From contig JAWLEP010000009.1 in assembly GCA_041686025.1 (NCBI GenBank), positions 17,971-44,208 of the forward strand: DNA of 26,238 nt, given 5' to 3'. Below the pieces are notes generated by a model. The model was not told where the DNA came from and made no database searches. It worked only from the letters and a program-made list of their open reading frames with translations. The stretch is from Candidatus Fermentibacteraceae bacterium. GTDB taxonomy: Bacteria > Fermentibacterota > Fermentibacteria > Fermentibacterales > JCC-6. Shown here in pieces: positions 1-8,233 of the stretch (positions are counted from its first letter, which is position 1; the number at the start of each line of letters is the position of its first letter). The position numbers and the translations under genes are program-made.

Positions 1-1
1 G

Positions 2-76
2 GCCGAGGAGGAGACGACCGAGGAAGAGCCTCCCGTAGAGGAAGAGACCGAGGAGGAGGAGCCCGAGACCGAGTAG
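2..76 (+). CDS. 3' end of a gene entering from the left; Glu-rich low-complexity tail
   Basis: Frame 2 reads AEEETTEEEPPVEEETEEEEPETE then TAG (74-76), followed by a terminator hairpin. The product cannot be identified from this fragment. Confidence 0.7.
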   Translation, partial: AEEETTEEEPPVEEETEEEEPETE

Positions 77-96
77 ACTCGGTTCAGGATCTTGAT

Positions 97-123
97 GGGC
101 GGCCCGGTTGGGCCGCCCTTTCT
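97..123 (+). terminator. Intrinsic terminator between convergent genes
   Basis: Perfect 9-bp stem GGGCGGCCC-ggtt-GGGCCGCCC (97-118) followed by TTTCT. Confidence 0.8.
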
Positions 124-2457
124 CTATTCCCCCCAGAACTCCCGCAGCTCGCCCATCCCCGGCGAGAGCCTCGGGATTCCTCCGTCCCCGAACCAGTAGG
201 AGGGCATCAGCCGGAGCATGCTCCGCCTGGCGAACCTCTTTCCCATGAGTATCACAGTTCCCCGCTGGGCCCCGCTGCGGACCACCCGCCCCGCCGCCTG
301 CACCGCCCTGGCCATTCCCGGGACCTGGAAGGCCTTCTCGAAGCCGTCCTCCCCCAGGGAGTCGTACCATCTTCTCATGAAATTCCTGCGGGGCGATACC
401 GCCGGAAGCGACGGGCCCACCACCACGGCCCCCCGCAGGGCGCCGGCTCCGAACTCGACGCCCTCGGCGAAGATCCCGCCGCTGACCAGCAGGGCCAGCC
501 CCCGGCTTTCGGATATCTCATCGAAGAAACTCCGCCTGTCGCCGCGCTCCATTCCCCGCCGCTGCCGCAGCACCGGAAGGCCGGTCTCCCCAAGGGCATC
601 GAAGGCCATCTCCGCGTAGGCGTAGGAGGGGAAGTAGACCAGGTAGGCGCCGGGGGCGGCCCGGTAGAGGGCCTCCAGGCGGCGGACCAGCGTGGGAAGG
701 CTGCTTCTGCGGGCCCGGTACCTGGTGTCCACCACCGGGTCGATCCACAGCCCAAGGTTCTCCCGGGGGAAGGGGTAGCCGGTCTCCAGCAGCGCCGGCT
801 CCGCCAGCCCCAGCTCCCGCCGGAAGTGGCCGGCGGGGGAGAGGGTGGCGGAGAAGGCAGCCACGGAGGCCAGCCTCTCCTGCTGGGCGGCCAGCATCCC
901 GGAGGGGTCGGCGCAGAACCACTGCAGGGCGGTGTCATCCCCGCTGCGGGATAGGAACAGCCTGTACCTGGGATCGTCCTGCGGCTGCAGCAGCTCCACG
1001 TCCCGCACCCAACGGTACAGGTCCAGGAGGGCCCGCGACGGCTCCTCCACCGACTCCATCACCTCCGCCCACGCCGGGGAAGGGCCGGGGAGCTCCAGCC
1101 TTCCCGTGACGTCCCCCTCCCCGGTCGCGAAGAGGGTGGAGTCCGAGCCCAGCCCCGCCATGAGCCTTTGCCAGGGGTCCAGTGCCTCCCGAATCCCAGC
1201 AAGCCTCCCGTGCCTCCTGGCGGCCTCTTCCACCCAGCTGCTCCTCACCTCGGGGGACCAGTACCCCCGGGCCCTGTCCGGGAGGTTGGCGGCCTCGTCC
1301 ACCAGGGCCGAGCAGAGGGCCGCCGCCTGCGGCTCCTCCAGGTAGCGGCGCAGCCGCACGTGCGGGTCGTAGACGTAGTTGCAGTCGCAGACCACCAGCT
1401 CGCACCATCGGGAAGCGGCCAGGGCCAGCTCGAAGGGACAGACCCCCGCGTCGGCCGCCGCGGTCTCCACCAGCTCCGAATCGATGAGGGCCCGGCCGAG
1501 GAGCTTCTCCACCAGGCCATCACCCAGGAGCCTTCCTCCGAAGTCCTCGGCGTAGGGGCACCGGTGGGGGAGACACACCGGCAGGCTGCGGGGGCAGGCG
1601 GACTCCCGGGAGCGGAGGAAGAGGGCCCGCACATCGGTGCCGGCGCGGTGAAGGGCTTCCACGGTCTCCCTGACGATGCGCCTCTGCGTGTTCTTGGAGG
1701 TGAGGAAGAACAGGCGGTGCCCCCTGCGGAGGGCGGCGGGGATGGCCCCGGCCAGTACCGCCGCGGTCTTGCCCGACCCTGTGGGGGCCTGGATCATCAG
1801 ACGCCCCCCCGAGGCAACCGCCTCTGCCACGGCTTCCATCATCTCCGGCTGGCCGGGCCTGGGAGCGCCGAAGGGGAAGGCGTGACCCTCCAAGGCCGAA
1901 AGCAGCCTCTCCCGCCGGTCCAGGTACTCCCCTATCCTCGTGCATACCTGCCCCAGCGCCATCTCCCAGAGCCCGTCCGACTCGCCGCCGAAGGCGTCCA
2001 CCTCCCGAACCACGGCCTGCCGGGACGAGTCTGGGTCGGCGGGGATGTAGACCAGCCTGGCGGACACCGGCCCCTCCCGGGACCTGGCCAGGGCCCGGGC
2101 GTAGAAGACCAGCTGCAGCGCGTGGTCGGGCCTGCTGCGCAGGGGGTCCTCAGGGGGATGGGAGCTGGTCTTTACCTCCGTTACCGTGGCCGAGCCGTCC
2201 CCGCCCTCCAGGACGGCGTCGGCCCGGCCCGAGAGCCGCAGACGAATGCCGTGCCGCTGTACCCGCATCTGCACAGGGACCTCGGTGAGGGCGCCGCCTT
2301 TCTCCAGGCCTTTCTGGTAGCGCCTGTGGAGCCTGGCCCTGGTCTGGACGTCGGAGGATTCGCGCGGGGCGAGGGCCCCCGGGAGCACGGCCAGCTCCAG
2401 GAGGCCCTTTATCCCCGTGCGCAGCGTTCTGCCGTCGGGCCGGAGTCCGGGTATCAT
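124..2457 (-). CDS. PD-(D/E)XK (RecB-like) nuclease fused to an XPD/Rad3/DinG-family Fe-S SF2 helicase, 777 aa
   Basis: Nuclease motifs GRADAV, EVKTS and HALQLVFY. Helicase motifs: Q motif RPGQ, Walker A APTGSGKT, four Cys (CPRSLPVCLPHRC...CPFEL), DEAA, SAT, EGVEF and QAAGRVVR. Confidence 0.88.
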   Translation of the reverse strand: MIPGLRPDGRTLRTGIKGLLELAVLPGALAPRESSDVQTRARLHRRYQKGLEKGGALTEVPVQMRVQRHGIRLRLSGRADAVLEGGDGSATVTEVKTSSHPPEDPLRSRPDHALQLVFYARALARSREGPVSARLVYIPADPDSSRQAVVREVDAFGGESDGLWEMALGQVCTRIGEYLDRRERLLSALEGHAFPFGAPRPGQPEMMEAVAEAVASGGRLMIQAPTGSGKTAAVLAGAIPAALRRGHRLFFLTSKNTQRRIVRETVEALHRAGTDVRALFLRSRESACPRSLPVCLPHRCPYAEDFGGRLLGDGLVEKLLGRALIDSELVETAAADAGVCPFELALAASRWCELVVCDCNYVYDPHVRLRRYLEEPQAAALCSALVDEAANLPDRARGYWSPEVRSSWVEEAARRHGRLAGIREALDPWQRLMAGLGSDSTLFATGEGDVTGRLELPGPSPAWAEVMESVEEPSRALLDLYRWVRDVELLQPQDDPRYRLFLSRSGDDTALQWFCADPSGMLAAQQERLASVAAFSATLSPAGHFRRELGLAEPALLETGYPFPRENLGLWIDPVVDTRYRARRSSLPTLVRRLEALYRAAPGAYLVYFPSYAYAEMAFDALGETGLPVLRQRRGMERGDRRSFFDEISESRGLALLVSGGIFAEGVEFGAGALRGAVVVGPSLPAVSPRRNFMRRWYDSLGEDGFEKAFQVPGMARAVQAAGRVVRSGAQRGTVILMGKRFARRSMLRLMPSYWFGDGGIPRLSPGMGELREFWGE

Positions 2458-2463
2458 TGCCGA

Positions 2464-2492
2464 ACGCTACACACATGAGCAGTCGAAGGCAA
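2464..2492 (-). promoter_or_regulatory. Putative sigma70 promoter giving a leaderless transcript of the nuclease-helicase
   Basis: Minus strand reads TTGCCT (2492-2487)-N17-TAGCGT (2469-2464)-N6-ATG (2457). There is no Shine-Dalgarno before the ATG. Confidence 0.55.
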
Positions 2493-2494
2493 GA

Positions 2495-3277
2495 TCAGAG
2501 AACGCGCAGAGCAACCTCTCCGGACAGCGAGGATATGGAGAGAACGGGCTCTCCCGAGCCCCTGGCGGCGGAGAACCCGGCCACGCCCTCCTCCAGCGTG
2601 AAGCCCGACAGTCCCTCGCCGATCTCGATGCCTCCGGACATGGCCGAGACGTCCACCCGTCCGGGAAGGTCATCGGGAATCGCCAGGTCGATGGTGCCGC
2701 TTACGCAGTCGATCTCCAGGCTGTTCTCCAGCCTTTCTGCGCCTCCCCGCATGGTGCCGGAGACCACCTCGGCCTCGCGGAGGCCGGGGAGGTCCGCGAA
2801 GAAGAGGCCGCCGCTCACCGTCCTGAGGTGGACGTCCCCGGTTACGCCGAAGACCTCCAGGTCGCCGCTGACGCACTGGGCCGTCAGGTCGAAGCGTCCG
2901 CCCTCGGCGCAGGTTATGTCGCCGCTGACCTGCTGCAGGTCCAGCCGGCCCTCCCAGTCCGCCGGGACCCGGAGGCGGAAGTCCACGCCGTGGCCGTCGA
3001 GGCTCACGTCATCCCCTGCGAAGTCCACCCATACCGACAGGGTGCCGTCCTCCTCCCGGCTCTCCACAATCACCATCTCCAGCTGCTCGGCGGTACCGGC
3101 GGTGACGGTCCAGCCCACCTCCACCTCTTCTGCGTCCGCCGGCTCCACCACGATGCTCCCGCTTACCCCCTCCAGCTCCACCATGGAGGCGCCGGTGACA
3201 ACGCCTCCGGTCCTCTCCACGGCGGCCAGGGCCAGGGAGGACAGGGTCAGCGCAGCGGCTATGGACAGAATCCTCAT
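2495..3277 (-). CDS. Secreted DUF4097/putative-adhesin beta-strand repeat protein, 260 aa
   Basis: ATG at 3277 follows GAAAGGAGAAGG. Signal peptide MRILSIAAALTLSSLALA. Repeated (V/M/L)SG(D/S/G/T/E)-hydrophobic units throughout. Confidence 0.78.
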   Translation of the reverse strand: MRILSIAAALTLSSLALAAVERTGGVVTGASMVELEGVSGSIVVEPADAEEVEVGWTVTAGTAEQLEMVIVESREEDGTLSVWVDFAGDDVSLDGHGVDFRLRVPADWEGRLDLQQVSGDITCAEGGRFDLTAQCVSGDLEVFGVTGDVHLRTVSGGLFFADLPGLREAEVVSGTMRGGAERLENSLEIDCVSGTIDLAIPDDLPGRVDVSAMSGGIEIGEGLSGFTLEEGVAGFSAARGSGEPVLSISSLSGEVALRVL

Positions 3278-3322
3278 ACCTTCTCCTTTCATCTCCGCGC
3301 AGGCGAGCAAAGAATATATTTC

Positions 3323-3350
3323 ATTATAAATATTTTGTCAGAATCGTCAA
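3323..3350 (-). promoter_or_regulatory. Near-consensus sigma70 promoter for the DUF4097 gene
   Basis: Minus strand reads TTGACG (3350-3345)-N16-TATAAT (3328-3323), in an AT-rich island of an otherwise GC-rich window. Confidence 0.75.
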
Positions 3351-3387
3351 CGATTGGCTGTAAGGTGCTGATCGGCAGTAAAATAGG

Positions 3388-5718
3388 CTAGTTGATGACC
3401 ACCATGCGGGAGCTCATGACACGGCCGCCGGCCGCAGCCCGCACCGCGTAGACCCCCGGCGGCAGGCCGCCCACATCGATCTGCAGCCGGTGCAGGGAGG
3501 AGGGCTCGGCGGAGAAGGCCCGCAGGACCACCCTGCCGGATACATCGTAGACGGAGGCCCGCAGCTCGGCGGCCTCGGGCAGGCCGGCCTCCAGCGTGAC
3601 CCGGCCCCGGCAGGGGACGGGGAAGAGGGACATCGAGGCTCGCGCAGGGGAGGGCGGACAGAACGTGCCCGTTCCGTTCACCACGCCCTCCTGCGGACGG
3701 AGGTTGTGTCCGCTGACGTACCAGGGCATTTCGGTGGGCTCCTCCACCGGCTCGAAGCCGAGAAGGGCATAGCCCAGAGAGTCGGTGTAGGCCCGCGAGT
3801 AGATGCCCTGGTCGGGCTTGCGAAGGCAGACCAGCGCCCCGGGAACCGGGGCCCCGAAGGTGGTGTGGACGCCGAAGACGGCCTGGCTGTCTCCCGCCTG
3901 CAGGGAGTCGGGGGCATCCACCAGTATCGTGGCCGGAACTCCGGTGCGCATGTCCGTTATCGGGTCCCCCAGGACGTGGTAGAGGTCCCACTGCTCGGCG
4001 GTCTTGTCCTCCGGCCAGGGGCACCCCGGGGCGGAAGCCTGCATCTCCAGCTTGCCGGCCAGGAGGGCCTGACCCGCGGAATGGGCCCCCGCCTGCGTCG
4101 TGTAGGTCACCGGCGGGGAGTCGCAGGCTCCCAGGAATCCCATGTACATCCCGTAGCAGAGGTAGTCGTTCCAGTAGCTGTAGGAGCTGCCGGTGGCGGC
4201 GATGGCGCTTACGGCTCCGCCGTCCATGGCGATCAGGCCCTCCGCCAGGCACTCCTCGCGGAAGTTGCCGGTATGGCAGTTGATGCTCAGCACCACCGGC
4301 GTCCTGCCGGCGTTGTCCAGATCGGGCAGGTTCCCCAGCCCCCAGAAGGGCCCTCCCCAGGTGCCGGTGTATCCATGCGCCCTGTGCTGCACCAGGAAGA
4401 CCCCCTGGTTGAAGGCGGCGGAAATGCCTTCGGCGCTGCCCTCCCACGGCATCCACTGGGGAACCGGTTCGCCGGTTGCCGGGGGGTCCGGGCGGTACCA
4501 GAGGGTGTCGGGCGACGCCTGCCCGGTGCGGATGTACTCCCGCAGCACGCTCTTGCCCAGGGAGTCCGACAGGGTGCGCGCCAGGACCTCGCTGGTGAAG
4601 CAGAACCAGATGTCCTCCACGTTGTTGGCGTCGGCGTCCTGGAAGGTGGTGGCCAGCAGGGCCCTGTTCCAGAACCCGGCGTCATCGGGGGGAGCGGTCT
4701 CCCAGGCCAGGATCTTCCCCTCGGCCCATCCCGCCTCTCCGGCAACCACCGGAAGCCGGCCGCAGAAGATGTCGGCAATAAAGTCGTCGCCGTCCACGCA
4801 GCAGTACCTGTTGTCAGTCCAGACCCCGGTGGAATCCGCGTAGGTGGTGGGAAGGAGCTGGGAGTCCCCCACCAGAAGAACGTAGCTGGGGGCGGGATCC
4901 CAGGTGTCGTACGCCTCCCCGATCATGGCGGCTATCTGGTGCGCGTCCAGCCCGAAGCCGTCCACCACAACGGTAAGGTAGCCCTGCCGGTGCCGCATCT
5001 CCGCCAGATCGTCCACCGACTCCAGCAGGCCGTTGCCGCAGATGATCATCAGGTCGGCGCCGTCCACCTCTTGCAGGTCGGACGGGTCCTCCACCAGAAC
5101 CGGACCGTCGGCACCCGTTCCGGCGCCGGGGTCTGGAAACACCGCTTCTGGAAGGACGCGGCCGTTGACCAGCCTGCTGCGGAGGAGCCGGCCGAAGAAC
5201 GGCCCGCCGCCTCCTTCGGAGAGGTCCAGTCCTCCCCCGAACTCGAACCTGGCCTCGACCGCCGGGAAGTGCAGCAGCTCTCCGGTGGCCGGGTCCCAGG
5301 AGTAGGGGATGACGTTGGCCCGGGCCACGGGAACCCCCCTGAGGACGCCCTCCCTCATCAGCGCTGCCTGCGCGTCGGGGTAGGGGGCCTCCACCGGTAC
5401 CGGAGTCGTCCTGACGGGGGGGGAGTCCTCCGCCGGAAGAGAAGGCATGGGAGGGGGTGCGGCGAGACCGAGGCTGACGGTATCCGGCATTGCCGTAGTT
5501 ACGGTCACCGCCCCGTCTTCGGGGACCGCCATGAGGAAGCCGGCCTTCCACAGCATGGGCGCTCCCGGCTGCGTGGCCCAGGGCGTAAGGCCGGAAGGGT
5601 CCCCCGGTGTAGTCCGGAGGAGGACGGTCACTCCCCCTGCGTCGGCCTCCAGGACGCAGAGCTCCGCGGTCGGGGCGGAGGCGGTCAGCGCCAGGGCCAG
5701 AAGTATCGCGGTACTCAG
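3388..5718 (-). CDS. C25 (gingipain-like) cysteine peptidase with propeptide and C-terminal sorting-like domain, paralog B (776 aa if the CTG start is used)
   Basis: Motifs YVLLVGD, DNRY, FCGRL, catalytic HG (HRAHGY) and C (SINCHTG), LGDP. CTD reads FPVPCRG...VYDVSGRVV...GVYAVR. The open frame extends 29 codons upstream of the listed GTG (5631) to CTG 5718, which follows GGAGGTG and adds a signal peptide. Confidence 0.85.
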   Translation of the reverse strand: MSTAILLALALTASAPTAELCVLEADAGGVTVLLRTTPGDPSGLTPWATQPGAPMLWKAGFLMAVPEDGAVTVTTAMPDTVSLGLAAPPPMPSLPAEDSPPVRTTPVPVEAPYPDAQAALMREGVLRGVPVARANVIPYSWDPATGELLHFPAVEARFEFGGGLDLSEGGGGPFFGRLLRSRLVNGRVLPEAVFPDPGAGTGADGPVLVEDPSDLQEVDGADLMIICGNGLLESVDDLAEMRHRQGYLTVVVDGFGLDAHQIAAMIGEAYDTWDPAPSYVLLVGDSQLLPTTYADSTGVWTDNRYCCVDGDDFIADIFCGRLPVVAGEAGWAEGKILAWETAPPDDAGFWNRALLATTFQDADANNVEDIWFCFTSEVLARTLSDSLGKSVLREYIRTGQASPDTLWYRPDPPATGEPVPQWMPWEGSAEGISAAFNQGVFLVQHRAHGYTGTWGGPFWGLGNLPDLDNAGRTPVVLSINCHTGNFREECLAEGLIAMDGGAVSAIAATGSSYSYWNDYLCYGMYMGFLGACDSPPVTYTTQAGAHSAGQALLAGKLEMQASAPGCPWPEDKTAEQWDLYHVLGDPITDMRTGVPATILVDAPDSLQAGDSQAVFGVHTTFGAPVPGALVCLRKPDQGIYSRAYTDSLGYALLGFEPVEEPTEMPWYVSGHNLRPQEGVVNGTGTFCPPSPARASMSLFPVPCRGRVTLEAGLPEAAELRASVYDVSGRVVLRAFSAEPSSLHRLQIDVGGLPPGVYAVRAAAGGRVMSSRMVVIN

Positions 5719-5745
5719 CCTTTCACCTCCCGGGCTTTACGCAGA

Positions 5746-5771
5746 AGGGGGGCGGCGTCCGCCGCCCCCCT
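5746..5771 (-). terminator. Strong hairpin between the two C25 genes (weak terminator or mRNA stabiliser)
   Basis: AGGGGGGCGGC-gtcc-GCCGCCCCCCT with an 11-12 bp stem. It has only a poor U-tract on the minus strand. Confidence 0.6.
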
Positions 5772-5788
5772 CGCTCAGCCGGTTTACC

Positions 5789-8233
5789 CTATCGGTTGAG
5801 AACCAGCTTGTAGACGGACGTGTTATCGCCCACCCGCAGCCTGGCCATGTAGACCCCCTGAGGGGCGGGGACGCCGCCTGCGCGGCCGTCCCAGACAAGC
5901 TGGTGGCTGCCGGCGGCCAGCTGGCCGTCCTGCACCACGCTGACCACCCTGCCGGTGAGGTCGTAGATGCTCAGGCTCACCGGGGCTGCGGCATCCAGTC
6001 TGATCGGTATGGCCACCGAGGAGCCGAACGGGTTGGGAGCGGGGCTGCCCAGGCTGGCCACGGGGGCTCCCGCCTGGCCGGCCGTGCCCGCACCGTTGAT
6101 GACCCCGGTGTAGTGGATGGCGTTGTGCGCGGTAACCATCCAGGGCATCTCGTTGTTGTTCGATATGGCATCGAAGTTCACGGTAACCGTGCCGCTGGAG
6201 TCGGTCCATCCCACGGCGTAGACGCTGTCGGCGTCCTCCTTGCGGAGGCAGACCATGGCGTTCCACACCGGCTCGCCGGCCATCTCCACGGTGAAGTCGG
6301 CGCTGGTGGCGCCGGCGTAGAGATTCGAGGGAGCCGTTATGGAGAGCCCCTCGGGAACCTCGGTGCGCATGTCCATGGTGGGGTCGCCGAACCAGTGGAA
6401 AAGGTCGCACGTCTTCTCTGCGTAGGACTGCCAGCTGCCGTAGGGGTTGAAGGGGGCAGCCGTGTACATCTCCATCTTGCCGCCCACAACCGCCTGGCCG
6501 CCCATGTAGTTGCCGCCGGGGTCGGTGTAGAGGGCCGGAGGCGAGGTGTACTCGTCGTTGAAGCTGCGGTAGATGCCGTAGCAGAGGTAGTCGTTGAAGT
6601 AGCTGTAGCTGGTTGCGGAAGCTGCGACTACGGCTACGGCTCCCCCCTCCATGCGGAAGAGGTTCTCGGCGAAGCAGTCGGATGTGAACTGGCCCGTGGA
6701 GCAGTTTATGCTCATCACCATGGGCGTCTTGTCGCCGTTGTCGAGGCCGCCCAGGTCTGAGATGTAGTAGGGCGGGTCTGCCCAGCCCGTGGTGCTGCCG
6801 TGGTCGCGGTGCTGCAGCAGGAAGATGCCCTCGTTGATCCGGGCGTTTATGCCGTCGGCGTCGCCGTCCCATTCGATCTCCGTGGGTACCTGCTGGCCGG
6901 CGCTGGGCAGGTCTGGCCGGTACTCGTAGGGCTCGGGCAGGCTGCTGTCTGTGACGTACTCGCGGGTGAAGGTCTTGCCGTAGATATCCTGGTAGGTGTC
7001 CCGCACCGTCTCGCAGGTGAAGCAGAACCACCTGTCGGCGATTCCATCAGAACCGCCGTAGCTGTCCTGGAGCATTCCCGCGCAGAGGCCGTTGTTCCAG
7101 AAGTCTGCGTCCATCAGCGGGTCGAACTGCCACTTCAGTGTCTTGTCCACCACGTTGGTGATGAAGTCGGTGGGGGTGACGAAGCGGCCGCCGAACAGGT
7201 CGGGCATGTAGTCCTCGGGGTCGCCGTCCATGCAGAGGTACCTGTTGTCGCTGTAAGTGCTGTTGGCGTAGTAGGGGGGTATGTCGTCGCTGTCACCTAC
7301 GAATAGGACGAAGCTGGGAGGGACTGTCCAGGTGTCGTAGGCTTCCTCGACGTAGTCCTTAATTTCCGAGGTGCTCCAGCTGCCGGCGGTCACCACCGCC
7401 GGGGCGAAGCCCTGCTCCCACTTGGCGTCCACGAACTCGTCGATCATGGTGTCGGCGAAGTCGTCGCCGGACATGATCAGCAGGTGGGCGCCGTCGATGT
7501 CTCTGGCCTCCTGTGGGGTGCGGGCGTAGACGGGGCCTCCGGCCCGGAAGCCGGAGTAGTCGGCCGGCTCGCCCAGGGCCTCGTGGTTGATTATCCACTG
7601 CCGCATGGTGGGCTGCCAGAACCGCGTGTACAGGCGCCGGTCGATGGCGGCCTGGCCGCCAAGCTCGATCCTCAGGCGCATCCTGCGGACGGCCTTCGCC
7701 GTGCCGGTTGCCGCGTCCCAGCGGACCAGGGGGACGCCGAAGCGGCCCAGATGGACGCTTCTCATGACGCCGGCGTCCTCGTAGAGGACGTCCTGGTAGG
7801 CCTCGGCTCCCGGGCCGTAGGCCTCGGCGGCGTAGGTGAACGGCGGGTTCTCGTAGGTGTTGTCCGCCGGAATGGGCTGGAACGGGTAGGGCTTGATCTC
7901 GCCCAGCTCCACCAGGCTCTCGTCGATGATGGTCCAGGTGGGCTGGCCGCCGTCGGATACCGCCGCCATGAAGGAAGCCTTGGGCAGGGACGGGTATCCC
8001 GGCTCCGGCGCGGTGGGGGTGGCTCCGGGAACCCCTACTGCGGTGAAGTCCATGCCGCCGGCCGAGATCTCCGACAGCGTCACGCCGGGGACGGAGACCT
8101 CTATCTCCATGGCTGTGGGGGTCACCTCGAGGACGTTTACCTGCGCAGACTGCGCGGTACCGTCACCGAAATCCACCCACTCGGCCGCGGAAAACGAGAC
8201 TACCGCAACGAGCAAGAGGGCTGCAGTTCGCAT
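5789..8233 (-). CDS. C25 (gingipain-like) cysteine peptidase with propeptide and FlgD-Ig/T9SS type A-like CTD, paralog A, 814 aa
   Basis: ATG 8233 follows GGAGGAG. Signal peptide MRTAALLLVAVVSFSAA; propeptide motif PGYPSLP; FVLFVGD; catalytic HG (HRDHGS) and C (SINCSTG); FGDP. CTD reads PNPF...IYDLTGRVV...WDG...GVYMARL...KLVL. Confidence 0.9.
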   Translation of the reverse strand: MRTAALLLVAVVSFSAAEWVDFGDGTAQSAQVNVLEVTPTAMEIEVSVPGVTLSEISAGGMDFTAVGVPGATPTAPEPGYPSLPKASFMAAVSDGGQPTWTIIDESLVELGEIKPYPFQPIPADNTYENPPFTYAAEAYGPGAEAYQDVLYEDAGVMRSVHLGRFGVPLVRWDAATGTAKAVRRMRLRIELGGQAAIDRRLYTRFWQPTMRQWIINHEALGEPADYSGFRAGGPVYARTPQEARDIDGAHLLIMSGDDFADTMIDEFVDAKWEQGFAPAVVTAGSWSTSEIKDYVEEAYDTWTVPPSFVLFVGDSDDIPPYYANSTYSDNRYLCMDGDPEDYMPDLFGGRFVTPTDFITNVVDKTLKWQFDPLMDADFWNNGLCAGMLQDSYGGSDGIADRWFCFTCETVRDTYQDIYGKTFTREYVTDSSLPEPYEYRPDLPSAGQQVPTEIEWDGDADGINARINEGIFLLQHRDHGSTTGWADPPYYISDLGGLDNGDKTPMVMSINCSTGQFTSDCFAENLFRMEGGAVAVVAASATSYSYFNDYLCYGIYRSFNDEYTSPPALYTDPGGNYMGGQAVVGGKMEMYTAAPFNPYGSWQSYAEKTCDLFHWFGDPTMDMRTEVPEGLSITAPSNLYAGATSADFTVEMAGEPVWNAMVCLRKEDADSVYAVGWTDSSGTVTVNFDAISNNNEMPWMVTAHNAIHYTGVINGAGTAGQAGAPVASLGSPAPNPFGSSVAIPIRLDAAAPVSLSIYDLTGRVVSVVQDGQLAAGSHQLVWDGRAGGVPAPQGVYMARLRVGDNTSVYKLVLNR

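Noticed and set aside
1..73. GAG-rich tandem-like repeats
   Set aside because: Explained by a Glu-rich coding tail rather than a DNA repeat element.
1890..2457. Cas4 or type IV CRISPR (CasDinG) interpretation of the nuclease-helicase
   Set aside because: There are no Cas4 Fe-S cysteines in the nuclease domain, and no cas genes or repeat-spacer array in the window.
3490..5799. 769-aa plus-strand ORF antisense to C25-B (also 5447-6760 and 7484-8260)
   Set aside because: These are shadow ORFs caused by high GC3 codon bias of the real minus-strand genes, and they carry no recognisable motifs.
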